Notes: generated by a model not told the origin, from the letters alone. Positions 1 to 12,165 are shown, counted from the first letter of the stretch. The stretch: 64,000 nucleotides of DNA from Pristiophorus japonicus (GCF_044704955.1 NC_091980.1:207576001-207640000); one strand, 5' to 3'. Program-made: numbers and translations.

Positions 1-488
1 TCTAAATGTCTGCCATTGCCCATCCACAGTCAACCCCTTAAGTATCATTCGCCAATCTATCCTAGCCAATTCACGCCTCATACCTTCAAAGTTACCCTTC
101 TTTAAGTTCTGGACCATGGTCTCTGAATTAACTGTTTCATTCTACATCCTAATGTAGAATTCCACCATATTATGGTAACTCTTCTCCAAGGGGCCTCGCA
201 CAACGAGATTGCTAATTAATCCTCTCTCATTACACAACACCCAGTCTAAGATGACCTCTCCCCTAGTTGGTTCCTCGACATATTGGTCTCGAAAACCAAC
301 CCTTATGCACTCCAGGAAATCCTCCTCCACCGTATTGCTTCCAGTTTGGTTAGCCCAATCTATGTGCATATTAAAGTCACCCATAATAACTGCTGCACCT
401 TTATTGCATGCACCCCTAATTTCCTGTTTCATGCCCTCCCCAACATCACTACTACTGTTTGGAGGTCTGTACACAACTCCCACTAACT
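1..488 (-). mobile_element. CR1 LINE fragment, ORF2 apurinic-like endonuclease region (runs off window start)
   Basis: ORF 142..483 has GVVYRPP, IMGDFN and ILDWVL..SYHNMV motifs typical of the CR1 APE domain. Confidence 0.9.
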
Positions 489-952
489 AATCATAGAATG
501 GTTACAGCACAGAAGGCCATTGGGACCGTCGAGCCCGTGCCGACTCTCAGTTAGTCCCACTCCCCCGCCCATTCCTTCAGATACTTATCCAATTCCCTTT
601 TGAAAGCCATGATTGAGTCTGCCTCCACCACCCTCTCATGCAGCGCATTCCAGCTCCTAACCACTCGCTGCGTTAAAAAAAACGTATTGCCTTTGGTTCT
701 TTTGTCAATCGCCTTAAATCTGTGTCCGCTGGTTCTCGACCCTTCTGCAGATAGATTCCCTCTATCTGCTCTCTCCAGACCACTCATGATTTTGATCACC
801 TTTATCAAATCTCCTTTCAACCTTCTCTGCTCCTAGGAGAACCACCCCAGCTTCTCTAGTCTAACAACATAACTGAAGTCCCTCATCTCGGATTCATTCT
901 CGTAAATCTTTTCTGCACCCTCTCTAAGGCCTTCACATCCTTCCCAAAGTGC
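489..952 (-). mobile_element. CR1 LINE 3' end (divergent subfamily)
   Basis: ORF 551..820 has GDLIKVIKIM..RTSGHRFK..FLTQRVVRSWNAL..FKRELD (CR1 ORF2 C-terminus) followed by a CR1-type 3' tail. Confidence 0.85.
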
Positions 953-967
953 GCTATAACAGAGCGG

Positions 968-3410
968 TTGTCTGAAGAAGGTGTGGAGTGGTATGCAGTA
1001 ATCGATCTGGCCAATGCCTTTTTCTCCATTCCAATAGCGGAAGAATCCCAGGATCAGTTTGCATTCACTTGGGAAGGGAGGCAATACACGTTTAAACGCC
1101 TACCTCAAGGTTACCTACATAGCCCTACCCTATGCCACGGATTGGTGGCCCGGGACCTGGGCATGTGCACGTTGGTTCCTAACATCTCACTGGCACACTA
1201 CATCGATGATGTACTAATAAGGGGTCCCACCAAGGCAGTGGTGTCAGAAGCCCTAGCTACTTTAGTCCAACACATGCAAGACAGGGGCTGGGAGATAAAT
1301 CCGAAGAAGGTGCAGGGCCCTAGCCAGACTGTCCAGTTTCTGGGGATCCAATGGTCTCGGGGTGAGCGCATCATACCCGAGCCTGTGAAGAATAACATTC
1401 AAGAAATGGCCACCCCCATGAATAAAACTGAGACACAACGGTTCATGGGACTATTGGGTTACTGGAGGAGACGCATACCTCACCTCACGATGCTATTAAA
1501 ACCGCTGTATGCCGTAACACGAAAAAAGGCCCACTTCAAATGGGGAAAGGAACAACAGGTGGCTTTTGATGCAGCCAAAGAAGCCGTAGCTCAAGCTTTA
1601 CCCCTAGCCCCGCGAGTGCCTGGGCAGCCTTTTGAGCTACAGGTATCCATTACCAATGATACTGCAGTATGGAGTTTGTGGCAGGTTCAACATGGCACCC
1701 GTGTACCATTAGGGTTTTGGTCTAGAAAATTGACAGATACTGCTACTCGTTACACTCCATTTGAGAAACAATTATTAGCATGTTATTGGGCCCTCACAGA
1801 AACAGAAGGACAGACAGGGGACGACAAAGTCAGTTTAAGATCAGACCTACCCATATTATCCTGGGTTCTCTCAGAAAATGAGACACACAAGGTCGGGCGA
1901 GCGCAGCAAAACTCCATTGTGCGCTGGAAATGGTATATCGCAGACAGAGCAAATAAAGGAAAAGAAGGAATCACCCGACTACATGAGCATGTGGCTGAAT
2001 ACCCACAAACAGCTGAGAGTGAACTTACACAGTCGTCTGTCAGTTTAACCCAAGAGTCATCGATCTTCTGGGGCGTGTCTTTTGAACAGTTAACACATGA
2101 AGAACGTAGCCATGCCTGGTTCACAGATGGCTCAGCGGTCTGGCAAAACAGCCTTCGGCGATGGTGAACCGCTGCCTTCAATCCAAAAACCCAGACAATT
2201 GTGCATGATGAGGGCGTGGGAGGCTCCAGCCAGCTAGCAGAACTAGCAGCTGTAGACCTTGTGTTAGAAGAGGAACAGCAACAAGTACACATATATACTG
2301 ACACATGGGCGGTAGCCAATGGCATGGTGAGCTAGATGCAAAACTGGCATGAACATAACTGGCAAATAACTGGGAAAGACTTGTGGGAAAAGCACCTATG
2401 GGAAAAAATATGGTCCAAAACCCAGAAGATGAAAATAACTGTATATCATGTGGACGCTCACATGAAAAACACTTCAAAGAACTCTGAATATAATAACACC
2501 GTTGATAATATAGCCCGGGTACAGGCTGTCAAAGAGGCGGAAGAGGAAGAATGTGGCATAGGCAAGTGGGCCCATCACAAATCTGGATATTTGGACATTC
2601 CGGGTACGATACAATGGGCATGAAATAGGGGGTTACATTTGACTACGGACGGTGTTAAACAGATTATAAATACCTGTGAAATTTGTCAAAAGGTGAAGCA
2701 TTTTCCCCTACAACGACAACCTGGTGCCCATATTAAGAGAAGGACTCAACCAGCACAAATGTGGCAAGTTGATTATGTAGGACCTTTACCATTGCAGCAA
2801 CGGTTCCAATATTTGCTCACTGCTGTTGATACCTATTCTGGACTTTTGATAACTTATCCAGTGACTAAAGCGAATCAACAAAGTACGATTAAAGGACTGG
2901 AGAATTTAATCACATACTACGGTGAGCCAGCAGAAGTACAGTCCGATAATGGGCCGCACTTCACAGGTCAAACAGTGCAACAGTGGGCGGTAGACAACGG
3001 GATCTATTGGATGTTTCACATACCTTACTATCCGCAAGCTGCAGGGTTAATAGAACGCATGAATGGACTACTTAAGCAACAGAGTAAAATATTAACTCCC
3101 ACTAATACATTGCAAGGGTGGTTAAAGGTCATACCACAAGCAGTGCGCAATCTGAATCACCGACCATTACGGGGGGGGAACTCCCATAAGCCACATGTTA
3201 GGCAAAGTCAGTGTCCCTACTATTGAAAAAGAAAATCAGACTCAAGACACAGTTTGTGAAGGAGGAAAAATGTGGGTGCAATACCCCCAGAAACCCTTAC
3301 AAGCAGGGGAAATCTTAGCGAAAGGAGAAGGAAACACTTATTGGGTGCTCCTGACTGGTCAAGATATTCCTCTCTGTGTTGACAAGGGTAAATTGACTAA
3401 ACGAGGCTGA
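968..3410 (+). pseudogene. pol: retroviral pol (RT, RNase H, integrase) with 3 in-frame stops and a late frameshift
   Basis: WYAVIDLANAFFSIP, LPQGYLHSPTLCHGLV, YIDD; RNase H WFTDGSA..QLAEL..IYTD; integrase CEIC, WQVDYVG, SDNG, IERMNGLLK. ORFs at 968, 2336 and 2639 share a frame (stops at 2165, 2333, 2621); frameshift near the G-run at 3171-3178. Confidence 0.93.
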
Positions 3411-3454
3411 AATTAATATACTTATGCATCCTCCCACAGGAATTCTGCCAAAAA

Positions 3455-3786
3455 ATGGCGACTTTGCAACTCGTGCTGGCAAGTCTCTGTGTCTCGTTAT
3501 CTGTGACTGTGCTACTTCCATCCTCAAACACAGCATGAGATGGCCGTATAGGGTGGCGGTTAGCTAACACTGATCGTATGCAAGACAATGTATTGGTGGG
3601 ACATCTTTTACGGATGGTCCCCAAAAAACATCCGCCGCTTTGAAGCTGTTAATACATCCTATCGTTGTTTTACTCGTCGCGTTATTACTGCTTGTATGTA
3701 TTCTTAGGTGTAGATTGCGGGCGTTGCTGGCGCATACTCAACGTGTAACTGATGCATTACGCCTTCAACTTGATTATATTACGTAG
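3455..3786 (+). pseudogene. env: internally deleted, frameshifted env remnant (signal peptide joined to membrane anchor)
   Basis: Manual translation: ATG 3455 MATLQLVLASLCVSLSVTVLLPSSNTA*; from 3591 YWWDIFYGWSPK, then after a frameshift TSAALKLLIHPIVVLLVALLLLVCILRCRLRALL..DYIT* (TAG 3784). Preceded by an acceptor-like CATCCTCCCACAG ending at 3439. Confidence 0.7.
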
Positions 3787-3810
3787 AATGTCTAAATATC
3801 AAGGGTGGAT

Positions 3811-4366
3811 TGTATTGTATGGGGTTAATCACATACTGTTAATTATGATATTTAGTCATTCAGAGTGTATCTCTGCACCAAGCTTCGTGGATTGTTGTTG
3901 CTATATAGAGAGAGAGAAAAAGCGACCTTGGGACGCACACCAGCTTGTTATGAGACGGTCCACGGCTCGAGATCTCATGCTTTGTGGACGAGCACCTGGG
4001 GCCTTACAGATTAGGAGTTGGCCATAAGCCACGTGCACCCATGTTTTGTTCAATAGTATGTTTATTTGATAGTATAAAGATACAGCACTGTCGAGTAGCT
4101 CTTTGAACTTCACCTTGGACCGTGATTTGTGAGCAGTGCCGGGACCCCCAATGCTCCAGACCAGCCGTCGCTGTGGAGTTCCCGACGGGCGGAAGGCCGT
4201 GAGCGTTGTTGCATCTTATCATACTTCTCTTTTCTTCATAAACTGTATTATTAATGTTTCTTTTCTCTCAGTAAACGGTATCTTATTCTTTACTTCATTT
4301 GTCTTGTCTCTTATTTAACATTCATCCAGATCCCGAACATGGATCTATTATTATCGATCCAAAACA
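3811..4366 (+). repeat. ERV 3' LTR (~556 bp)
   Basis: Starts TGTATTG right after the PPT and ends AAAACA; TATA-like motifs at 3902 and 4073. Confidence 0.75.
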
Positions 4367-5131
4367 CCCTCTCTTCCACAGGTGTCAGTGGGTGCAGATT
4401 TGCCGGGCCTCCTCGTGTTAGAGTTCTCTCTCTTTTGTTGTGGGCCACCTTCCTCTGCAAAGATGAAAATATTACTTTTTAGAGAGGATGTCTTTCTGCT
4501 GGGTGGGACATACAGATGGTCACATTTACAATTGCAATTCTAGTGAATAAATGAAAATATTACTTACATCAACTGCCTGACCAAGGCCCTGCCACTTCTT
4601 TTTGCACTGTCCTCCAGAGCTCGGGGTGGTCACCATTGCACAGTAATCTTCTGCAAGTTGGTTCCAGCGTTTCTTCATTTATTTTGGTGTAACTTTTGTT
4701 TGACCTCTGCTGGTGCCCAGCTCTTGCCATCTGGCCTCAGTTACAGTAACTAGTGCCTCCACTTCGTCCTGTGAGAAATTCTTGGTCCATTGCATATTGC
4801 AGCTCCGATTTTTTCCACTCAGAAGAAAAGTTCTCACACGCAACTAGCTCTTTAAAAATGACTGAATACAGATCGGGAGGTGTACTGGGCATGCGCGCCC
4901 ATACCAGTCATGTAGAAAACTTTATTTTTTTCCCCACATGCGCAGAAGAGGGGGGGTCTCCTTTTTTTCGGCGCAGACCTTAGGCTCCACCCCCAAAGCT
5001 AAAGGAAAGACTGAGCAGCGCCAATTTCAAAAATTACAACGGGGAAAGTTCCAAGTTTTTTTTTTGGCATAGTCGAGCCCCAAAAAATTCTTCAACTACG
5101 CCAAAAAACAGCATTGGGGAGAATTAAGCCC
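4367..5131 (-). mobile_element. PIF/Harbinger transposon end with Myb/SANT gene (exon 1 4795-4568, intron, exon 2 from 4454), cut by the ERV
   Basis: Minus-strand MQWTKNFSQDEVEALV..KRWNQLAEDY..QCKKKWQGL|GTAAGT, then TTGCAG|RKVAHNKRERTLTRGGP; GGG-type terminus near 5131. Confidence 0.8.
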
Positions 5132-5950
5132 AAGTTATCTGAAATCCATGTCACTTCAGGAGAGGAGATTGTCCATGACATTTGATTTCCATGCCAGTTG
5201 AGTCACTGTATCCCCATAATATTCAACTTTGCTCTTAATTTTGGGGGGCAGGGGTGTGGGTGGGTGGCGACGGTGGGGAGAGACATTTATTGCCTTATTT
5301 CATTAATTGTTGCACACTGTGGTTAGAAATATTTCATCTCATGAGTCTGCCCGCCCACAATTGCAGCAGTGTTCAATCACATACAGCAGTCACAATGAAA
5401 GGAACTAGGATCTCCAGGAGCCTAATACGATCTGATTTGTGTCCATCAATATGTACACAGCCTCACAAATCCCAAGCTCTAACTGTCTAATTTTCTATTA
5501 AAAGATGATGCGTTTGCAAGGGGTTGTGGGTGAGAGCCGTCACTATTTTTACCAGTCTACCATGCAGCATTCAAGTCAGAATAATGAGCCCTCAGTGTTA
5601 AAATTACAATTTATATGAAACTATTGAAACTGCAAAGAAGAACCTTCTTCTGGAAATGAGTTTGCAACGGTGGGGTTGCAAACCCCCTCGGAACAAAATG
5701 AATGACCCATCCTGCAGTCCTCTTTGTAAGAAGGTGGAGGTAGGGGCGCTTCTGCTTAAATATAGTAAGTCTCATCTTTGATGAGATTGGAGAATCCAAG
5801 CTAGAATCCAGGTTCTGCTTCTAGCTTGGACCCCCATTCCATTCCCCCATCTCCCAAACCCGGCCTCTGATTTATCTTTGGATCTCTCTTGGCTGAGGAC
5901 ATGGGAACTTCCAGTGTTGGAAGTCCTTGCCTGCAGCACTGCCTCTTCTG

Positions 5951-6036
5951 ACAGCCATGATCTTATTAAATGGCGGAGCAGGTTCAAGGGGCCAGGTGGC
6001 CTACTCCTGCGCCTAGTTCTTATGTTCTTATGTTCT
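5951..6036 (+). mobile_element. very short CR1 3' tail
   Basis: CAGCCATGATCTTATT..GGCCTACTCCTG..(TTCTTATG)n, same tail as 14795-14878. Confidence 0.8.
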
Positions 6037-6229
6037 GACGTTGGATGCCCAAGTAACAGGTAGATCAAAGTTCCACGCCTCACAGAAATCTGTGTCTCCA
6101 CTGTTCTCCAGTAGATTCTGCAGAGTTACATTGTGAGACTGGTGGAACATCCAAGGAAACTCGGTCCAGCTTAGTCTGAAGTCTGGTATGGAAGCTGAAC
6201 CTTGATTCACGTTGTAATGCTCATAACCT

Positions 6230-6689
6230 GTCAGTCGTGTCTCAGTGGGTCGCACTCTCGCCTCTGGGACAAAAGGTTGTGGGTTTAAGTCCCACTTCAG
6301 AGACTTGAACGCACAATCTAGGCTGACACTCCAGTGCAGTGCTGAGAGAGTGCTGCGCTGTCAGAGATGCTGTCTTTCGGATCAGATGTTAAACCGAGGC
6401 CCCATCTGCCCTCATAAGTGGACATAAAAGTTCCCATAGCACTACCTTAAAGAAGAGCAGGGGAGTTCCCCCCAGTGTCCTGGCCAATCCATCCCTTAAC
6501 CAACATTATTAAAACAAATTATCTGATCATTATCACACTAATATTTGTGGGAACTTGCATTGCGCAAATTGACTGCTACATTTCCTACATTACTACACTG
6601 ACTACACTTCAAAAATACTTCTTGGCTGTGAAATGCTTTGGCCTGAGGTTGTGAAAGGTGCTATAGAAATTAAAGTTCTTTCTTTCTTT
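6230..6689 (+). mobile_element. tRNA-derived Deu-domain SINE (SacSINE1/AmnSINE-like), near full length
   Basis: tRNA-like head with degenerate A/B boxes (CTCAGTGGGT..GGGTTTAAGTCCC); central CGGATCAGATGTTAAACCGAGGCCCC..GTGTCCTGGCCAAT resembling the Deu domain; L2-like tail ending (TTTC)n. Confidence 0.8.
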
Positions 6690-6969
6690 AACTATAAGGG
6701 AGATAAAGATGTTTTCTTCACTGTAAAATAGAGAAGTGATTTATACACAAATCTAAATCGTGTATTGGATTTTATGGCAACTATAGTTTGAATAAAATAT
6801 GTTTCTGAAATTTTCAAATACTATTTTGAAATACTTGCCCTCACTAATGTGTGTCATTGCTAAAGAATACTACATTCTGTAGAAACAAAAGTGCATATAA
6901 AGGGGCAAGTTCAGTGATCTCATCCTCCCCACAGGAAGCCATGTTTTAAGACAGCATGGATTGAACAAT

Positions 6970-7425
6970 CATAAGAATGTAAGAAATAGGAGCAGGAGCA
7001 GGCCATATGGACCACGAGAGCCTACTCTGCCATTCAATAAGATCATGACTGATCTGCCACCTCAACTCAACTTTCCTGCCCGATCCCCATATTCTTTGAA
7101 TCTCTTAGAGTCCAAAAATCTATCGATCTCAGCTTTGAATATACTCAATGACTGAGCAAGCACCGCCCTCTGGAGTAGAGAATTCCAAAAATTCACAAAC
7201 CTCTGAGTGAAGACATTTCTCCTCATCTCAGTTCTAAATGGCCGACCGCTTATCCTGAGTCTATGCCTCCTAGTTCTAGGCTCTCCAGCCAGCGGAAACA
7301 ATCCCTCAGCATTTACTCTGTCAAGCCCTCCCAGAATGTTTTAATGAGATCATCTCTTATTCTCGTAAACTCCAGAGAGTATCTACTCATTCTCTCCTCA
7401 AAGAACAACCTTCACATCCCAGGAA
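6970..7425 (-). mobile_element. CR1 3' fragment
   Basis: ORF 7062..7301 has RTRRHRLRISGRPFRTEMRRNVFTQR..FKAEID; CATAAGAA tail. Confidence 0.9.
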
Positions 7426-7951
7426 TAAAATCATGGAATAAAATGCTGCAGGCCAATCTCCAAGCCATATTCCCTTCGAGCACAACATCCCCGCTGGGAG
7501 AATGGATTATTGAATTTATCCTAAAGTATTTTACTGGAGAAAAGAAAGAAATTTATATTTCTTCTCCACCATTCATTTATTGTAGAGAGAGTTGACAGTA
7601 ATTCACTTCCAACAAAGTCCTCTGTAGCATTTTAATAGTGACTTTGCAAGTGAACTGCTATGTTTAATTTTATTGCAGTTTCATTCAAGTTTGTTAAAAT
7701 GAGCAATCTATTAAATGCTCACTATCTGCGAATGCACTATTATTAAATAATCAGTTATGTACACATTACTTAGATACCTAAACCTGTATTTTTCACGATA
7801 AATATTGGAAGTCGATATTGTGCACACCGTGGGAAGTGTTTCACAAGTGGAGTCCACTTTTACTGGCTCTGTAAGAACTTTTATTTGTTGTGGCACCAAG
7901 CTTTTATTTAATCATGAAACACGCAGTATTTTAGACCTTGAAAGCATTTAA

Positions 7952-8585
7952 GGGCCGAAATTGCCCTCAGCGGGAAATTGGGGAGGACACTTTGAATTAA
8001 CCGGAAGTCAGAGGGAAGAGCTGGAAAATTGGGCCCTTTAACTCTGACATCGCCTCCCAGCACTTTGGAGTGCTGTTTGAGGCAGTGTAGGGGCGGGTTT
8101 GCGAGGGAGCAGGGTGTTGCAACGTCCCTCCCCTTTACTGAAAGGGGAGAGATGCTGCAAGGACAACATGGAGCCCACTGGGCCACGAGGGAGGGGTTCG
8201 GCTGGGCCAGCAGCCCAAGAGGGGATGCTGGGCTGCCTCTTGTTGGTCTGGCCGAAGCAATGGCCGCCATTGTCGGGCAAACTCAGGAGTCGGCCGACAA
8301 TTAAAACAAAATGGCAACCACGGCAGTGCGTTCTCCTCTTTAAGGGCGGCTGCACCACCCAGCCACTGGCAGCTCTCCGCCACGCAAAGATGTGGAGCAA
8401 TTTTCTCTACAGGAAGGTAAGGGGTCGCTGCCAGGCAGTAAGAGGTTGCCGCAGCAGGCGAGGCAGGCGGGGCGAAAACACAAGGCATGGCGGAAATCTG
8501 TTCCGGCGCCCCCAGCTTGGGGAAAATTGTGGATGGGTCGGCCCCACCCCATTAGAGTCCTTAAAGAATGGGGCAATTTCCCCCC
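7952..8585. mobile_element. Harbinger/Tourist-type MITE
   Basis: TIR GGGCCGAAATTGCCC (7952) vs GGGCAATTTCCCCCC (8571-8585), 13/15 match; TAA and TTA-like flanks. Confidence 0.7.
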
Positions 8586-8603
8586 CTTAAGCTTATTCAA
8601 ACC

Positions 8604-9922
8604 TGTTACCAAATGATGGGGATGGTTGTCAGATGCCATGGCATTTTCTCACAGAGTCGCCTCTCTTGTCATAGGGATGGGGGAGGATGTGCTCCAGTGC
8701 CGAAGATTGCCACCCTTCTCTATGAGGGCTTCTCAGCAACAAATACCATCTCCAGATTTTAATGAAGGAATGCAAAATTCATAAGAAAGCCCCCTGTGTT
8801 TGGGCTCATTCGAAAGGAAATTTAATTTGGGACTATCTACCGAAAAGTTTGGAACTCTAAAGTGCTTATGGAAGAAACTACAAACTTTAATAGAATTTTG
8901 GATTTTAAAAGACAAACTCAAGGCTGTGGGCAGACCTATGGAGCTAGCAAGAGACAGTCAAATTAAGTAAAGCTACCTGGGTGTGAGAACTGAATTAACC
9001 TGTCTAGAAGAATGAGTATTTGAAAATCCTACTCCACAAGAGACATTAACATCACAAAATCACCCAGCGGTAGCTCCTCATCAACATGGGTCTGGACAAC
9101 CATTTCACCATATACATCATAAAGAGGCCCAATCCAGCCTGCATGCGAAAGACTAAGCACAAAAGGACATTGCAATTACCAAACTAATATTTCCATCAGT
9201 AAACAGTTTTCGAACATCAACCCACCCAAGACATATCAACTTTTAACAAGCCCGACAAAAATATTACAAAGAAGAACCAAGCCCGCCAAAATTATACAAA
9301 GAATTTTGAACAGATTGGGCGGCAAGATTAAAACACTGAAATCATATAACTGGCCACTGTTTTCAACAGAGGTTAGAGGTGGTTGCTAGGTAGCTACAAG
9401 GCTGCCACTACCTCAATCAAGACAAGGAGAGAAACTAACGCGACAGTTGTAAACTAACTTCTCCAGCCTCAAAGTCTTGAAGTCCTGAAGGAAGGAAGAA
9501 CATCACCATCTACCATTAACTATCAAAAGGATTGGGAAGCATAAGTCCCTGCCTGCCCTGGAGTCTAACCTAGCTAGAATTAGGTATTGGGAGGTGGGAG
9601 GTATAATTTTACTGCAACCCCCTTTGAATGTGTAGTGTATGGTACTTTGTTAGAGTGATTATAAGTTTGATCTTGTACCTTTCCTTGTATTGTCCTTTAT
9701 TAGAGTGATTATAAGTTTGACCGTGTATTTTCTTACTAGAGTAATAAGCCTGTATTACTTTGACAATAATAAAACCAAAGTTCTTTGCATCAAACTAGTG
9801 TCCTCTGCACTTTTGTCACACCCCCCAAATAAATCCAGAGTACAGAACCCAAGGGAGTGGGAGCGATTCGAACTGTTCAAGTTGGTCAGAAGGGAACCTG
9901 ACCCCCTCATAGAGACCACACA
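8604..9922 (+). repeat. possible solo LTR (unclassified)
   Basis: TGTTA..CACA ends, short internal direct repeats, AATAAA at ~9768, non-coding; no clean TSD. Confidence 0.35.
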
Positions 9923-10029
9923 AATACCCTCTTACAAGATTTTCCATGCTTTTAGCACTTTCAGGTTAGAATTTTCTAATCAGCATGCCTGGATTACTAT
10001 CCACATGATGACTTATGGGACCAAGAGGC

Positions 10030-10320
10030 TTAATTACATAGAATTACATACAGTTTACAGCACAGAATCAGGCCATTCGGCCCAACTGGTCTATGCCGGT
10101 GTTTCGGCTCCACACAAGCCTTCTCCCACTTTACTACATCTAATGCTATGTCTGTATATTCTTCTATTCCTTTCTCCCTCGTGTACTTATTTAGGCTCCC
10201 GTTAAATGCATCTGTGCTATTCACCTCAACTACTCCATACGGTAGAATTTTCCACATTCTAACTACTTTCTGGGTAAAGAAATTTCTCTTGAATTCCTTA
10301 TTGTATTTATTAGTGACTAT
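10030..10320 (-). mobile_element. old CR1 3' fragment
   Basis: RNFFTQKVVRMWKILP..VVEVNS..FNGSLNKY plus a CR1 tail. Confidence 0.8.
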
Positions 10321-12060
10321 CCAATATTTCTTGCTTTTTACGGTGCTAAACTGTGGTTATCATAGCAGAGCTTTGACTGGTTGGCTTAATATGATATTGG
10401 TGATCAGATAATATTCTGTTTTAGCTGCAGTTCAGTCAATTGCCAGAAAGATTATGGTGTCCTTATGCTTGATACCCAGAAAATCACTGCCTTAATGAAT
10501 GTTGCACTGATTTTATATTTTTGAGTTCTTCATGTTCAACAAAGATTTGTTGTTTTTAGCAGCAATTGTGAAAAAGAATAGACTGCACCAGAATTATGAG
10601 CACAATCTGACATCATTTTAAATTAGGAATCAGTTGTAAATCAAACCAAAAATTGTGCCGTACTTTCACGTAGTGTTTGTATCCACTGCCTGATTTTGAG
10701 TATGTAATTGCAGTATGGAATGAGTAATATTTAGCATCAGCTTTGATAATCAGCTTTGAGCAGAAGTAAAAAATCATTTTAATGAGATGTGAAATGTGAA
10801 ATGGATAAAGTAAGAAGAAGGAATAATAAACTTATAGTAATCAAAGATAATATGGCATTTACTAAATAAATATAACTAATCAATAACCAAAGAGGAGTGC
10901 AAATCCGAATATTCACTTCTCTTTAACCTGAAATTTTTGTCCATTTTTAGCACAGGAAGTTCAAATTTTATAAAACTTAGTTTGCTTTGTAACGTAAAAA
11001 GGGCAAACCTAAGATTTGAAGTTGTGCCAAAAAAAAACAAAAGAGTCATATCATATTGCTCCCACTTAACTATGAGCAAACATTTACCCCTTTTATTCCA
11101 ACTGAATGCATTTCTAACTTGAAGTGCAGTACATGGCTAACTGAAACTAAAGATGTGTGTGTGCGAGTAGTATTGATTTCAACCTTTGACTGGTGCAGAG
11201 TATGAGGCTACACATGCAAAATAAACTTCATAGCATTTTATAATAAAGTAAATATCTTAATCGAGATCCATTAAAGCAAATTGATGGGTTTCTTCAGTTT
11301 TTGCATTAATATTGATACTAATAGTGCTTGAAAAAAATTCAAAAATTGTTTTTGTTCTCTTGTTTTTAAAAAAGAATGTGCTGTGTAAACCTGTAACCTT
11401 ACCTTGGTGCCAAGATTCTAGTTGAAGCAGAGGATACATTTTATGAATGTGCACAGAGCTTCACCGACTGGGAGCACGTTTCTGGATTTGGATGCAGAGA
11501 TCAGCAAACTTTGCTGGATTTTGCACCCATTGTTGAAGCTTTGCACTGGGGGCAGGAATTCATAACATCTTTGTTTACCTTTCTTATAAACTGAATTTAA
11601 TTGCTGACTTCTGGATGATGAAATTGTAAAGATTCATACCCCATGCAGATTTTAGCTGTTTTATGCAGTGACTTTATTAGGAGTTATGGATGTTGAAATC
11701 GAAGGTTCCTCCGTGAATCTAGTGTAAGCACATCTGCACTCTCAACTCAGTTCCTATTAGGTATAAGCCCACAGTACAAGACTGTTTAGAATCTGAACAG
11801 GATCTCACTCTCAATCTTCCTTTCTCTCAATAATCATTTGTGCTGCATTCAGTGTTGAAAGCTATAACACTGATAGTGTAAGGCTCCATTGGCAGTACAG
11901 AGTTTCACTAAGGGTGTGACCAGGTCTAATTTGTAGCACATCCCATTTTGTGACAAAGAAAATGACAAGGCAAATGGAGGCCACACTAATTGCCAGTACA
12001 AGTCTCATTTCAATACCTCAATTATTCTTAAAACTAGTTTTGACTTTGAAATGCTGCTAC

Positions 12061-12165
12061 AAAAAAAAGACTTGCATTTAAATTTTGTATCGTTTTCACA
12101 ACCTCAGGACATCCCAAAACGCTTTACAGCCAATGAAATGCTTTTGAAGTGTAGTCACTGTTGGA
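12061..12165 (-). mobile_element. Deu-SINE 3' tail fragment
   Basis: Reverse complement matches the 3' part of the SINE at about 6595-6689. Confidence 0.7.

Larger units (their letters stand above)
953..4366 (+). mobile_element. 5'-truncated endogenous retrovirus, class III-like (ERV-S/ERV-L-related): pol, deleted env, PPT, 3' LTR
   Basis: RT-RNaseH-IN in one frame; PPT AAGGGTGGA at 3801-3809; TG..CA LTR at 3811-4366; a Harbinger exon resumes immediately after the LTR end. Confidence 0.9.

Noticed and set aside
6230-6305. tRNA gene
   Set aside because: Degenerate boxes and continuous with a SINE body
9690-10205. 171-aa ORF with hydrophobic N-terminus
   Set aside because: Non-ATG start; spans an LTR-like end and an antisense CR1 tail
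11403-11760. Minus-strand coding exon ending at a strong donor
   Set aside because: Frames checked contain stops and no recognisable protein
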